From: Macrostomum lignano
Taxonomy: Eukaryota
Direction: 5' to 3'
Length of the DNA: 64,000 nucleotides
Assembly (NCBI GenBank): GCA_002269645.1
Contig: NIVC01000882.1
Location: forward strand, 310,001-374,000
Shown: piece after piece, positions 50,319 to 61,469 of the stretch
How the letters are laid out: each line of letters starts with the position of its first letter
How positions within the stretch are numbered: position 1 is the stretch's first letter
The notes under the pieces: generated by a model
What the model saw: the letters and a program-made list of their open reading frames with translations, nothing else
The model's database searches: none
Told to the model about the DNA's origin: nothing
Made by a program: the position numbers and the translations under genes

Positions 50319-51738
50319 TACCTTTTTACGTTCTATTTGATAAAAACTGCAACCAATTTGGCCACGGCTCAGCCTGACGCAGCCGCAGCAATTTTCCATA
50401 GACAGCCACCGCTAGCGGCAACCAATTTGGTAAAAACTGCGAGCTATTTTGCCAGCTTGAAGATAGCAGCTCAATAGCATAACAATAACGATAAAGAATG
50501 TTAACAATACATGCACGAAGTCAGAACATTATGTCCTCAGCATTCAAGCACCGATTGAAGTACGTCTGGGAATGGTTGATCCAGCGCAGGCACTTGAGAG
50601 GCGTGATGCAGTTCAGTGCTTGCTGCACTTCTCTCTTCAGAATGCGCATCCTGTGCTGATGCAGTGTCGCACCTGCTGCAGCAGCCAGTCCAGTATCTGC
50701 CACCTCGCGCTGAATGGCAGGTGATTGCAATTGCGTTTTCAGCTTGGCCTTCAGCGCTGAGCCTGCGTACTCCGCCGGGTTGATGAACGGCGAGTATGGA
50801 GGCAGGAATCGGTGAGCATGACCTTCAGACATCCCAGGGACACCTAGGTGAGCGCGAGCCCCATCGGACAGTAGCACAAACTCCTCTTCCATCAGAACAT
50901 CGATCTCAGAGAGGAATTCCATGAAGTGCTCGTTCTTAAAGCCTCCTTCGACGAGAGTGCTGTGAATCAGGCCGAGTTGCGAGATGGCCAGGCAGATGGT
51001 GAGATTCTGCCCACGCTGTCCGCTGACGACAGTCACAGCTGGGAGCCCCTTCGCTGAGCGGCCTTGAGTCCTCGCCGTCCAGATGTTCACCCCAAACTCG
51101 TCCATGAAGATGGTGTTCACCTGGCTTCCCTCGTCCAGCATCCATTCAACGTGCATCCTTCGCGCCTCCTTTGTAACAGGCATGTTCCAGTTCACAGGTA
51201 CCTGGCGCAGTAACTTCAGGGTGATGAGGCGACCATCCAGAGCACGACTGATAGTGGTCAGACTCACGTTGGCAACGTCATTGTGTTGGTGCAGCAGGTG
51301 CTCTCTCATTTGTTGCAGCGTCGCAGTAGGTTGACCTTCGACGAATTGAACAATGGTGTCCACCATAGCCTCCGTCAGCGCCATCCTCTTCACTCCTCCT
51401 TTTGGCAGAGTGCCAACTCTACCAGTTCGTTCATACGTGGTCACGATGTTCCTCACTGTCGGTTTCTTCATCCCCATCATTCTGCCAAGCTCTCCCCAGT
51501 CGTCGCCACTCCTGTACCCTCTCACGATTCGCTCTCGATCCAGCTGACTTATCTTTTGGTACGGCCCACGATTCGCCATCAGAGCAGCTGCTATCTTCAA
51601 GCTGGCAAAATGGCTCGCAGTTTTTACCAAATTGGTTGCCGCTAGCGGTGGCTGTCTATGGGAAATTCTATGTCTATGGTCAGGCTGAGCCGTGGCCAAA
51701 TTGGTTGCAGTTTTTATCAAATAGAACGTAAAAAGGTA
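50319..51738 (-). mobile_element. IS630/Tc1/mariner superfamily DNA transposon (Gambol-like) with about 150-bp IR/DR-type TIRs and TA TSD
   Basis: TACCTTTTTACGTTCTATTTGATAAAAACTGC... is inverted at both ends, flanked by TA; internal direct repeats CAACCAATTTGG and AAAAACTGC. Confidence 0.93.
50521..51579 (-). CDS. Transposase, 352 aa from MANRGPY, DDE catalytic triad
   Basis: N-terminal HTH; FMDEFG...RTQGRS..G.PA......RGQNLTICLAI; LSDGARAH; LPPYSPFINPAE. Confidence 0.92.
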   Translation of the reverse strand: MANRGPYQKISQLDRERIVRGYRSGDDWGELGRMMGMKKPTVRNIVTTYERTGRVGTLPKGGVKRMALTEAMVDTIVQFVEGQPTATLQQMREHLLHQHNDVANVSLTTISRALDGRLITLKLLRQVPVNWNMPVTKEARRMHVEWMLDEGSQVNTIFMDEFGVNIWTARTQGRSAKGLPAVTVVSGQRGQNLTICLAISQLGLIHSTLVEGGFKNEHFMEFLSEIDVLMEEEFVLLSDGARAHLGVPGMSEGHAHRFLPPYSPFINPAEYAGSALKAKLKTQLQSPAIQREVADTGLAAAAGATLHQHRMRILKREVQQALNCITPLKCLRWINHSQTYFNRCLNAEDIMF

Positions 51739-52160
51739 TATTAACCTAGATGGGTCACTCCAGTCGCCTGGCGGCAGCGAGAAAACCCCAGGATTTTTAC
51801 CATAGACTGTAGCTTCTACTGCAGCTCAAGACATTAGCAGTAGCTAGTGTCTGCGGCCCTAACCCCTCGGTTTTGGGGGCCTCGGAGACGGCCGCTAAAT
51901 ACATTAGCAAATGCAGGAGTGATACATCTAGGTAACATAGTCTGTGCCTTGCAGTGCGTATTTAACCTCGAAACACGAATCGGTTAACTAGAAGTTCGAG
52001 TTAACTACATGTACATGTATGCATTTAATCAGACATGTATAGTGTACGAAATTTTATGCTTTTTCGTACTGATTGTATTGTGCATTTTGCAGAAATTATT
52101 CCGGTTTAGGGTCAAATGTCAGTGCATATACCCTCGCACTTTTTCTGTTTTATGGGGCTC

Positions 52161-53294
52161 TTAAGTGATCATGCGGCGCTGCAGCAGCTGCCGCTTCCAC
52201 GGCGGCAGGCCCGCCAGTCGAGCTTCCTCGGCCTGTTGGAGGGCGGCCGCCTCAACATCGCGAGCTGCTCTTTGAGCCTCTTGACGGGCTCGATACTCGC
52301 GGAGCCACCGGGGCTGCTGCTGCGACTCTTCATCAACGAAGGGTTGCGGTCGCTTTTGCTGGTCAGCTGCCATCTCTTCATCGTCTTGTTTCTCTTCCCC
52401 AACATCAGCGCCGCCGCAGCTGTCGCCGTCATCTTGACCTTCCACCAGCTGCAGTTTCTTTAGATGTGCGCTGTTGAATCGCTTCAGCTCGGCTATCAGG
52501 TCTCCTTGCTGAGGCTGCCGCTGTTTTGAGACTGGGCCCTTCATGGCGGCATCGGCCAGAGCGCCGCAACTTGCTGGCCGTCGTACCGTCGAAGATTTTT
52601 TAAATCTAGGAGCCACGCTCTGGGGCGGAGGCGGCGGCGCTGGAGGAATCACCGAACACTGGTTGTTGACTGGCTGGGTGACCGGCGGAGCTGGTGACCG
52701 TATAAGCATTACTGACTGTTGCGAACCCGATGCTAGAGGCGGCGGAGGTGGCGGAGCCGGTGGTGGAGGTGGTGGAAGTGCTGGTGGAATAGCTAAGTTT
52801 CCAGCGGCTCCTTTGATCTCTGTAGACTGTTGTGAAGTTGAAGCTGAAGGAAAAGTCGAGGCGGTCCGTTTGATCATTGCATGTGGAAGTGGCGGAGCCG
52901 GTGGTGGAGGTGGCGGGGGTGCTGGTGGAATGTTTGAAGCGGCGGCGGTTCCTTTGGTGATTGGCTGCAGCGCGACGGAACCTGTCAGTTCTGTCGTCAG
53001 TTCAGTTGTCAGTTCTGTCGTTTCCTTGCTCATTGACGATAGCTCTGAGTCGGCGGTACCTTTACTAACCGATACAGGCATTGTTGGAACTGATTTATCA
53101 GCCGCAGCGGTGCCTTTGATCACGGATGGTGATCGCGTAGCCGTTGGTAGAGATGCTGACTGGATGCTGGAGTCCGTCATCCTGATTGTTGATTGCCGTT
53201 GTGGCGGCGGTGAAGGCGACACTGGCACTTCCGGTATTGAGTAGATTGATCTCGTCATTGGTGAAACTGAAGTCGCATTGACAGTGCCTGGCAC
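52161..53294 (-). CDS. ESPN: Espin/forked-like protein, last exon (proline-rich, WH2, actin-bundling module)
   Basis: Polyproline tracts; WH2-like DLIAELKRFNSAHLKK; C-terminal EEARLAGLPPWKRQLLQRR resembles espin EARLASMPAWRRDLLRKK; CAG acceptor at 53295. Confidence 0.85.
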   Translation of the reverse strand: MPGTVNATSVSPMTRSIYSIPEVPVSPSPPPQRQSTIRMTDSSIQSASLPTATRSPSVIKGTAAADKSVPTMPVSVSKGTADSELSSMSKETTELTTELTTELTGSVALQPITKGTAAASNIPPAPPPPPPPAPPLPHAMIKRTASTFPSASTSQQSTEIKGAAGNLAIPPALPPPPPPAPPPPPPLASGSQQSVMLIRSPAPPVTQPVNNQCSVIPPAPPPPPQSVAPRFKKSSTVRRPASCGALADAAMKGPVSKQRQPQQGDLIAELKRFNSAHLKKLQLVEGQDDGDSCGGADVGEEKQDDEEMAADQQKRPQPFVDEESQQQPRWLREYRARQEAQRAARDVEAAALQQAEEARLAGLPPWKRQLLQRRMIT

Positions 53295-53339
53295 CTGCGG
53301 GGAGCAATCGAGCCAGATTCTAATGGAAGCGTATAAGCC

Positions 53340-53450
53340 ATGGGAGTCGGCAAACTCTGGCTTGCGGATAAAATGCGGCCCGCGAAGCCTTTCTATTCGA
53401 CCCTCGGGTTCTTTGAAACTTCACAATAGTAATCCGGGCCCGGGCCTACT
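53340..53450 (+). mobile_element. hAT-type MITE end fragment
   Basis: GGAGTCGGCAAACT...TGCGGCCCGCG terminal-like motif; shares GAAACTTCACAATAG.AATCCGG with 9720-9790. Confidence 0.45.
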
Positions 53451-54412
53451 AATAGTAGCTGTGTTGTTTTACCGATATTATTGTTCAGAGGTAAAAATGT
53501 ATGGAGTTGATTGTATGCGGTGTCCTCAATTAGTTAAAAATATTATATTACATCTTCCATCTTACTATGCACTTTTTACATAGTAATCACACTATATGCT
53601 TTCACTGAGGTTTTGTTAGTGCTTGATCGATTCTAAGGGAATCGAATTGAAAGTACTAATCTTATGTGTACTTTCAATTTGTTGGGCATAACTTTGCATA
53701 CCTACTGACTTACTTGTGTGTCGCAAATTTACCAAAAAGTTTTTCTGGGTGCAGAATCATTTAATTAGCTAATTAGTGACAGCTGAAGTTATTTAAAATG
53801 TTTTTCAAATCTATCTAGCCCAGAGACAGGCGTGTACCGATTGGAAAGCCTAATTGAACTCAAATACAGAGCTCTCCACATTTTATTAAATATTATATGC
53901 GAAGCTAATTGCGTGTCAAGTGCATCCCCCAGGAAAAATCAATATTGAATTAATACTGGAAGCCTTCCCCCCAATTATTTTTCCCTTTACGTATTGCCAT
54001 CACCTCTTTCCATCTGCCTGTTTTACGCCAATGTCTATATTCCATAATTATCACCGTGAGTCCGCTGCAATTGCCCTGCAGTTTGTGTTACTTTTGAGCG
54101 AGCAGCCGCGACACTAATGGGCAGGGCAAGCTTATGGACAGTTATATGCTACAAAAAGCAACGCAGTCAAGAGGAGAGGACTGACTATAGATAGGAACAG
54201 ATGAGAACAATATCTAGCAGCCACGCCCTGAACTGCTGTATGGTTGCTCTATCTTGCCTAATATCTTCCCTCAGGCGATTGGCCGTTGCACGCTGTGCTG
54301 CATTTCTTCAGCAGTGCATTCCAGTGCTGAAAACGTTTCAAATGTCATCTCACAGACAGGATGCTGAAACAACTGATGCAGCCAACCCGTTGTCCATAGA
54401 AGTAGGCACACT

Positions 54413-54627
54413 TCTCGATTCCAAATGCAGTCACATTAAGTTGAGGCTAAATTAGAATCTCGGCTTGGCTCTGCTCGTGCAATTAACGGCCTTGAAGGCA
54501 AAAACCCCAAGGCACAGTGAAGTGTACATGCCTAACGATAAATAAAGTTAGCGCCGCTGTACACTCCTGTGTGAGTGCGTCTGTATTGCGTATGACTGCG
54601 TACGTACATGTATCCGTGCGCTTGTGG
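54413..54627 (+). mobile_element. SINE family B, truncated copy
   Basis: Colinear with the central part of 27139-27500. Confidence 0.82.
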
Positions 54628-54991
54628 GCCTATAGAGGACCACTGTAATTTTCGGAGACCAATTTCTATTAAAGCTGCCACCCTTAGTTCTCTGTGCTTG
54701 ATCAATCCTCATGAACTGGTTAAGGTTGAGGTGAAAACTTATCGGTGAACTCCTACACGCCGAAGAGGAGACTTTGATCATGGCTTTACTTATTACACAC
54801 AATTGCCGCAAAATACTGCCCATAACTACTGGTGCGGGAGGTTGACGCTGCTGCTGACTCTGCAGACACCCTATCAGCGAGAGCCGGAGCATGGCTTGCG
54901 TTTGCGCTGCTTTCTGCGATGCTGATTTTAAGACCTACTCACAGCGCATTTTGTTGCTGTTGTTAGCGTATCCCACTGTTCTCATTCTCAC

Positions 54992-55575
54992 CTGTCGCTG
55001 TTGCAGCAGTCCGAGGGTCTCATCGTCGTTGAGCCGGCAGAACTGCGCTGGCACGGCCCCGCTAGCCGATTGGTCGGCAGCCGAGCACGGAGTCTGGTGC
55101 AGCAGCCACTCAACTGCAGCCGCGTGGCCGGAGTAGGCCGCTACGTGCAGCAGGTTCATGCCCTCGGCGTCGCGGGCCAGCGGATCAGCTCGGCCTCCAG
55201 CAGCAGCCAGGTCAGGCAAGCCAACTGGCCTGCGGCGGCTGCGTTGTGCGCCGGCGTGTCGCCGAATTCAACTGCCGGTTGCGTCGCCGACAAGCCGAGC
55301 TCCGACACCAGATAGTTGAGAAGCTCCGGCGCGCCAGACCTCGCCGCGTAGTGCACAAGGCCGGCACCGTGCGAGTCGCGAATGTCGCTAAGGCGACGCC
55401 GAGGCTGCGCGCAGTCACTGTTGTTGCCGGTGCCGAAACCAGTCCAGCGAGCAGCTGCCAGCTTAAACGCCGCAACATCGCCGGCCAGCGCCAGCCGAAG
55501 GAGGTCTTCGGCAGCCTCGGTGACAGCAGTGTCATTAGCAGGCTGCGGTGGCTGGTTACCAGCGTCATCCTTGAT
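54992..55575 (-). CDS. ESPN: Espin-like ankyrin-repeat exon with an apparent 1-nt deletion at about 55190
   Basis: GAGLVHYAARSG..ELL.YL and GDTPAHNAAAAGQLACL.WL in one frame; ADPLARDAEGMNLLHVAAYSGH...VEWLL continues in another frame; GTGAGA donor after 54992. Confidence 0.8.
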
Positions 55576-57333
55576 GAAATGGTACGAATTTTTATGTACA
55601 TACAGTTTTTGAAACAGCATTTAATCAATAAATCTTAGAATCAAAAAACAAATAATGAATAGTAGACTGGAAAACCAAAATTCTGAAACTAACTATTAGA
55701 GCGACCAAGTAATATGAAGCGTATGCTTCAGATATGCCAACCCCTTGCATAGACACGTTTGAAGGTATATGTAACGACCATAATAACCATAAAATTCATA
55801 GATAGTTATTGAAGCACTAAGCAATAAAAGCTAATTTGCTACAAACTTAAAAAACTTGATAAATCGCGTTTAAAAAACGAACTAATCTGAACAGGCTGAG
55901 AAAATAAGGTAAAATAATTTATATTTAACAACAGTCTATTCGAAGTTACTCCTTAGTATAAAGGCATAAAATAGAATACATTCTAAATACTAATTTATAG
56001 TATGTACGAAAGGGCTTGTGAATTGCTGAACGAAGCTTTATAACAGCCTAAATATAATATTAAGAGAGTCACAAGATAGTCTCTCTTTCTGATGATCTTA
56101 GCAGATGACTCCTTTTTAGTATATTGGGTGATTTTTATTTGCATTTTGTATTTGCGATTTTGATGCAGATTGGATATTCAATATTGAACCCACAAATTTT
56201 CAATTATCGCGCTTACATGGCTCTTAATATAATAATCTTTAAGAGGACGAGATTTAACAGTTTAAAACACATTTTCATGAACTTCTTAAAACGCTATTCA
56301 CTTTAAATTCTTTAAATGTTAAGAAAGTTTGTTATATTGTACAATTTAGATTTTAACTTTTTGTTTTCATGTAGATTTCCCTGAAAGCAACTAGAAAATT
56401 ATTCTCCTCTCATTCGTATTCTATGTTCAAATCTATGTCCAAGTATTTAAACATTAAATAATTTGCGCAGTAAATACTCGAAACATATTCATACTTTACT
56501 TCGTCTTATACCTAAACGTACCTCGGAAACGGTATTATGTCTAACTTTGACAATCCCTTTGCTGACCCAAATAAACAGATGCAAGCAAATACAAATACAA
56601 GTCCATTTTCGGTAAGTTTTTTTACTTCATAGGAGGTTTCTATTATAATTTTAACAGCGTATCTGATTATTTTTTATAATGCATAAGTGCATAATATACA
56701 ATATTTTTTAAATATTGCATTGGTTCCTGTCTGGAGTCTAGACTAGTTTTCATTTGTATAAAAGTAGTCTGGACTAGTCTTGGATGTGCATAATTTGGTT
56801 GGAATTGAATTTCTTTATAACTATTGAATTCAATCTGGGTTATGATTGTGTATTTTTTCTATTTTACAATAAGTAGATGGATATTCAAATAATAAAAGAT
56901 GTTGATAAAAGGTATAAAATATAAATATATGGGGAAATCCAAAAATCGGGGGCAAGTTTTATGAAAATTCGTTTTTTGGCAATTTGAAAGCAATAAAGCT
57001 ATAAAATAAATTTATTCAAGTTTTTAAAAAGTAAAAAAGTCTATTAAAGCACAAATTATTTTCGTATAGCTTTATTTTTAATAAAATGATTTGTTAAAAC
57101 GGTAAGTTTAATTACGACCTAAAATGAGTCTAATGAAAATGATTGAAAAGCTATAATAATGTATTTTATTAACTTTAACTATCTTATAATGTTACACTCT
57201 ATAATTCTACAACATATTTAACATTATTTTAAGGTTTTATTTGTTTATCACTTTCGTTACTCTTGACAACGTGTATTTTATAGAGTTCGTTTGCAATAAA
57301 TTGTATTCAACGTAAGTTTATTATTTAAACATA

Positions 57334-58040
57334 CAAATTCCCGTAAGGATCGGAAAATTGCATTTTACTCAGCTTCTACTAAAGCGATTTGGAAAATTCT
57401 TTTTTTCCTGCATACACGCCGCGATGATACATGTTTTAGTGTAATTTCATTGTTCTTCGTCGCTTAATAAGCATACAGTAAGCATCTGATTTGGAAGCCG
57501 GGTAACACATTGGAATTCCCATAAGGATTGGAAAATTGCATTTTACTCAGCTTCTACTGAAGCGATTTGGAAAATTCTTTTTTTCCTGCATACACGCCGC
57601 GATGATACATGTTTTAGTGTAATTTCATTGTTCTTCGTCGCTTAATAAGCATACAGTAAGCATCTGATTTGGAAGCCGGGTAACACATTGGAATTCCCAT
57701 AAGGATTGGAAAATTGCATTTTACTCAGCTTCTACTGAAGCGATTTGGAAAATTCTTTTTTTCCTGCATACACGCCGCGATGATACATGTTTTAGTGTAA
57801 TTTCATTGTTCTTCGTCGCTTAATAAGCATACAGTAAGCATCTGATTTGGAAGCCGGGTAACACATTGGAATTCCCATAAGGATTGGAAAATTGCATTTT
57901 ACTCAGCTTCTACTGAAGCGATTTGGAAAATTCTTTTTTTCCTGCATACACGCCGCGATGATACATGTTTTAGTGTAATTTCATTGTTCTTCGTCGCTTA
58001 ATGAGCATACAGTAAGCATCTGATTTGGATGCCGGGTTCA
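57334..58040. repeat. 178-bp tandem repeat, about 4 near-identical copies
   Basis: CCC(G/A)TAAGG recurs at 57340, 57518, 57696 and 57874. Confidence 0.96.
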
Positions 58041-59175
58041 CATTTTGTGGTACCATTTTTTACCCAAAATTTTTAAGTCTAAATATAGGCATATTACAAA
58101 TACTAATACTATGCAAGTTGATATTTAAATGAAAGAAAACAACTTAAAGATTATTTTGCAACAAGGAATTAGCGATATATTTACTTTTAGAAAAAGATGT
58201 TTGCTGGCAAACTTTGCACTTTATATTAGTATGAATTTTTGCGAGTTTATATGGTTTTAGAAAAACTTTGAAATCCTTAGAAATACTTCATCTTTTTGAA
58301 TTGAATAAAAAGTAAAACACAGATTACTTTCTGTTTTGTAATTAGTAAAAAAATTAGCCTTCTCTAAGGCCTACAAGTCTTAAAATTAATTGTTTAATAA
58401 TGAAAAAAGTGAAACAAAAAATTGCAAATCGGTCAACTCGGACTTTCAAAATGCTTTTTTGTGGTTTTTTCTTATTTATTCAACAATATAAAGCATGAAA
58501 ACAATAGTTTTTATCCAGAACTATTTTCTAAAGACCTATCTATCTTTCAAAAACCTTTTTTAGATACATTACTTTCCATCGAATGTCCGCAGATTTGTTT
58601 TACCGTTTTATCCCACGTTTTTGGATTTCGCCATATCTAGGCCTATAAATTTGCCAAATATTATTTGTAATTATTATATTTTAACCATTTATCTTGCTTT
58701 TACCAATATTTTACATTGCAGCTAAATATAAACAAAATATATTTCAATATTTTTATGTCAGTTTCAATATATTGGATTCAAAAAATTTTATAAAGCATAG
58801 GATACTAGCCTATATAATATTTAAAAATAATTTTTTTACAATAAATAATTTTGAACACATATTCTTTAGCTAGTGAGAATAATATCAAATCAATGTTTTA
58901 TGGGATTGAGCCATTATATTTCTATGACAAAATATATCAACTTTTTGTCACTTACACATTTGAATAATCATTATCTTAAAATTATAAATATTTAGTTATA
59001 ATTTACCTATTTTTATTTCAAATTTGATTGATATTTGTTGATTCTCTATCTGAAATAAATACTTTATTACTCAAAATCAATCAAATCAATCAAATGAGTA
59101 TGTATACCTATGCTAAATTTTTGTAACTATATTTTAAATATCTAAATTAGTAACCTAATAGATCTCAACATTCAC

Positions 59176-61413
59176 ATGCAGGACCCATCTGTGCAGCAGG
59201 CCAGAGGTTCTCAGCCTTCGTCTACACGCGCTGCCATGGACGAGTTCAGTCCATTCAGCGCTGAGCAGCAGCAGCAGCAGCAAAAGCCACAGCCCCAGCA
59301 GCAGCCACAGCCGGCTATTCTTCCTTACCAGCCGCAGCAGCAGCAACAGCCACAGCCGCCCCCAGCTTACAGCGCCAGCGCTCAGCAGCGCATCACCTCG
59401 GAGGAGTTGGAGCGGCGCCAGCGAGAGTTAGAAGCGAAAGCGCGCGAACTTGAGCGCCGCGAAGAGGAGCAGCGACGGAGGGAAGCTGAGATGGCCTCAT
59501 CTGGTCCCGGCGGTCCGGCTGGCGGATGTGAGAGACTCGCTGGTCATTTCTCAGATCTTCAGACATGACTTGCCAATCATTTCTCAGATCCTCAGGCATG
59601 ACTCGCCAATCATTTCTCAGATTCTCAGCGATGACTCGCCAATCATTTCTCAGATCCTCAGGCATGACTTGCCAATCATTTCTCAGATTCTCAGCGATGA
59701 CTCGCCAATCATTTCTCAGATTCTGAGCGATGACTCGCCAATCATTTCTCTGATCTTCAGACATGACTTGCCAATCATTTCTCAGATTCTCAGCGATGAC
59801 TCGCCAATCATTTCTCAGATCCTCAGGCATGACTCGCCAATCATTTCTCAGATTCTCAGCGATGACTCGCCAATCATTTCTCAGATTCTCAGCGATAACT
59901 CGCCAATCATTTCTCATTTAAAAACAGGCGACTTATCCTGAAAATCTTGCAGCCCAATGCGCCAAAGAAAAGATATACTGTCCATTGCTTTCTCCACCAT
60001 CCCGAATCCCCGCAGTTCGGCAGAACAACTGGCCACCGCTGCCAGCTTTCTCCCCGGTGGGCCCCTGCTTCTACCAGGACATCGACGTGGACATCCCGTC
60101 GGAGTTCCGCTCCCTGGTGCGCCTGTCCTACTACCTGTGGCTGGCACACGTGTGCCTACTGTTGGTGAACATTCTTGGCACGCTGGCCTATTTCATTGGC
60201 GTGCAGGCGAGCAAGACCAACGCTGGCACCGTCTTTGGCGTGTCTCTAATCGTCTGCGTAGCATTCGTACCGGCCTCCTACGTGTGCTGGTTCCGCCCGC
60301 TGTACAAGGCCTTTAAGTGAGCGCTCAGGCTGAGTTTCCGGACTCCCAGATTCCCTCACTGGATCATTTTCAGTTGCTGGTCCGCCACCGCCACCCTCGC
60401 AGATCCTCAGTTGCTGGGGCCACCGCCACCCTCGCAGATCCTCAGTTGCTGGGGCCACCGCCACCCTCGCAGATCCTCAGTTGCTGGGGCCACCGCCACC
60501 CTCGCAGATCCTCAGTTGCTGGGCCACCGCCACCCTCGCAGATCCTCAGTTGCTGGGGCCACCGCCACCCTCGCAGATCCTCAGTTGCTGGGGCCACCGC
60601 CACCCTCGCAGATCCTCAGTTGCTGGGGCCACCGCCACCTTCGCAGATCCTCAGTTGCTGGGGCCACCGCCACCTTCGCAGATCCTCAGTTGCTGGGGCC
60701 ACCGCCACCTTCGCAGATCCTCAGTTGCTGGGCCACCGCCACCCTCGCAGATCCTCAGTTGCTGGGCCACCGCCACCCTCCTCCCAAATTCTCAGTTGCT
60801 GGGAAGTTGTCATTCTCAATTTTATCTTCAAACCCTCAATAAAAAATCTGAATCCTCTAGTTGAGCATAGAGTCCTCGTGTTGTCCTTACTGATCCAAAC
60901 TGGTTTATATCGAATAAAAACCACCGTTTCAGAAACGACAGCAGCTTCAACTTCTTTCTATTCTTCGTGATGTTCTTCGTCCAGTTTGTCATCCTGGCCA
61001 TCCAGTGCTTGGGCCTCGACTATCTGGGCAGCTGCGGCTGGATTAACGCCTTCGTCATGATGAAGCAGAGCACAGCAGTTGGCATGTTCATGCTGCTCAT
61101 TGCGCTGTGCTTCACTGCCCTAGCGGGACTGGACATGGCCCTGCTGGTCCGGGTGAGGCCTCGGCTCTTAATTGCGCATTCAACCTTTCCATGTACCTTG
61201 TCTTCTCCTCACTCTCTAACTGAGCAACCCGCTCTGCAGGTGCACCGCATCTACCGAAGCACCGGTGCCAGCTTTGCCAAAGCGCGCCAGGAGTTCAGTC
61301 AAGGCGTTCTGGCCAACGAAGCTGTTCGCGGAGCTGCTGCCGACGCCGCCGCCGTGTCTGCCCGGTCCGCCTTCACCGGTGGCGGTAGCGGCGGTGGCGG
61401 CGGTCGCTATTAA
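59176..61413 (+). CDS. SCAMP: Secretory carrier membrane protein; exons 59176-59527, 60016-60316, 60933-61152, 61240-61413
   Basis: QDPSV; ELERRQRELEAKARELERRE; NNWPPLP...PCFYQDI..DIP; SYVCWFRPLYKAFK NDSSFNFFLFF; GWI; VHRIYRSTGASFAKARQEFSQGV. Junctions are phase-consistent; the start is uncertain. Confidence 0.95.
59545..59915. repeat. 33-bp minisatellite in SCAMP intron 1
   Basis: (ATGACTCGCCAATCATTTCTCAGATTCTCAGCG)n. Confidence 0.95.
60370..60785. repeat. 35-bp minisatellite in SCAMP intron 2
   Basis: (CCACCGCCACCCTCGCAGATCCTCAGTTGCTGGGG)n. Confidence 0.95.
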
Positions 61414-61469
61414 TTTGACATGTGCTGACTGCTTCCCTGATTGGCTCTGATTAGATTTGGGGTAGCGGC

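Noticed and set aside
52543-53244. 233-aa Gly-rich + strand ORF
   Set aside because: Antisense shadow of the proline-rich espin exon.
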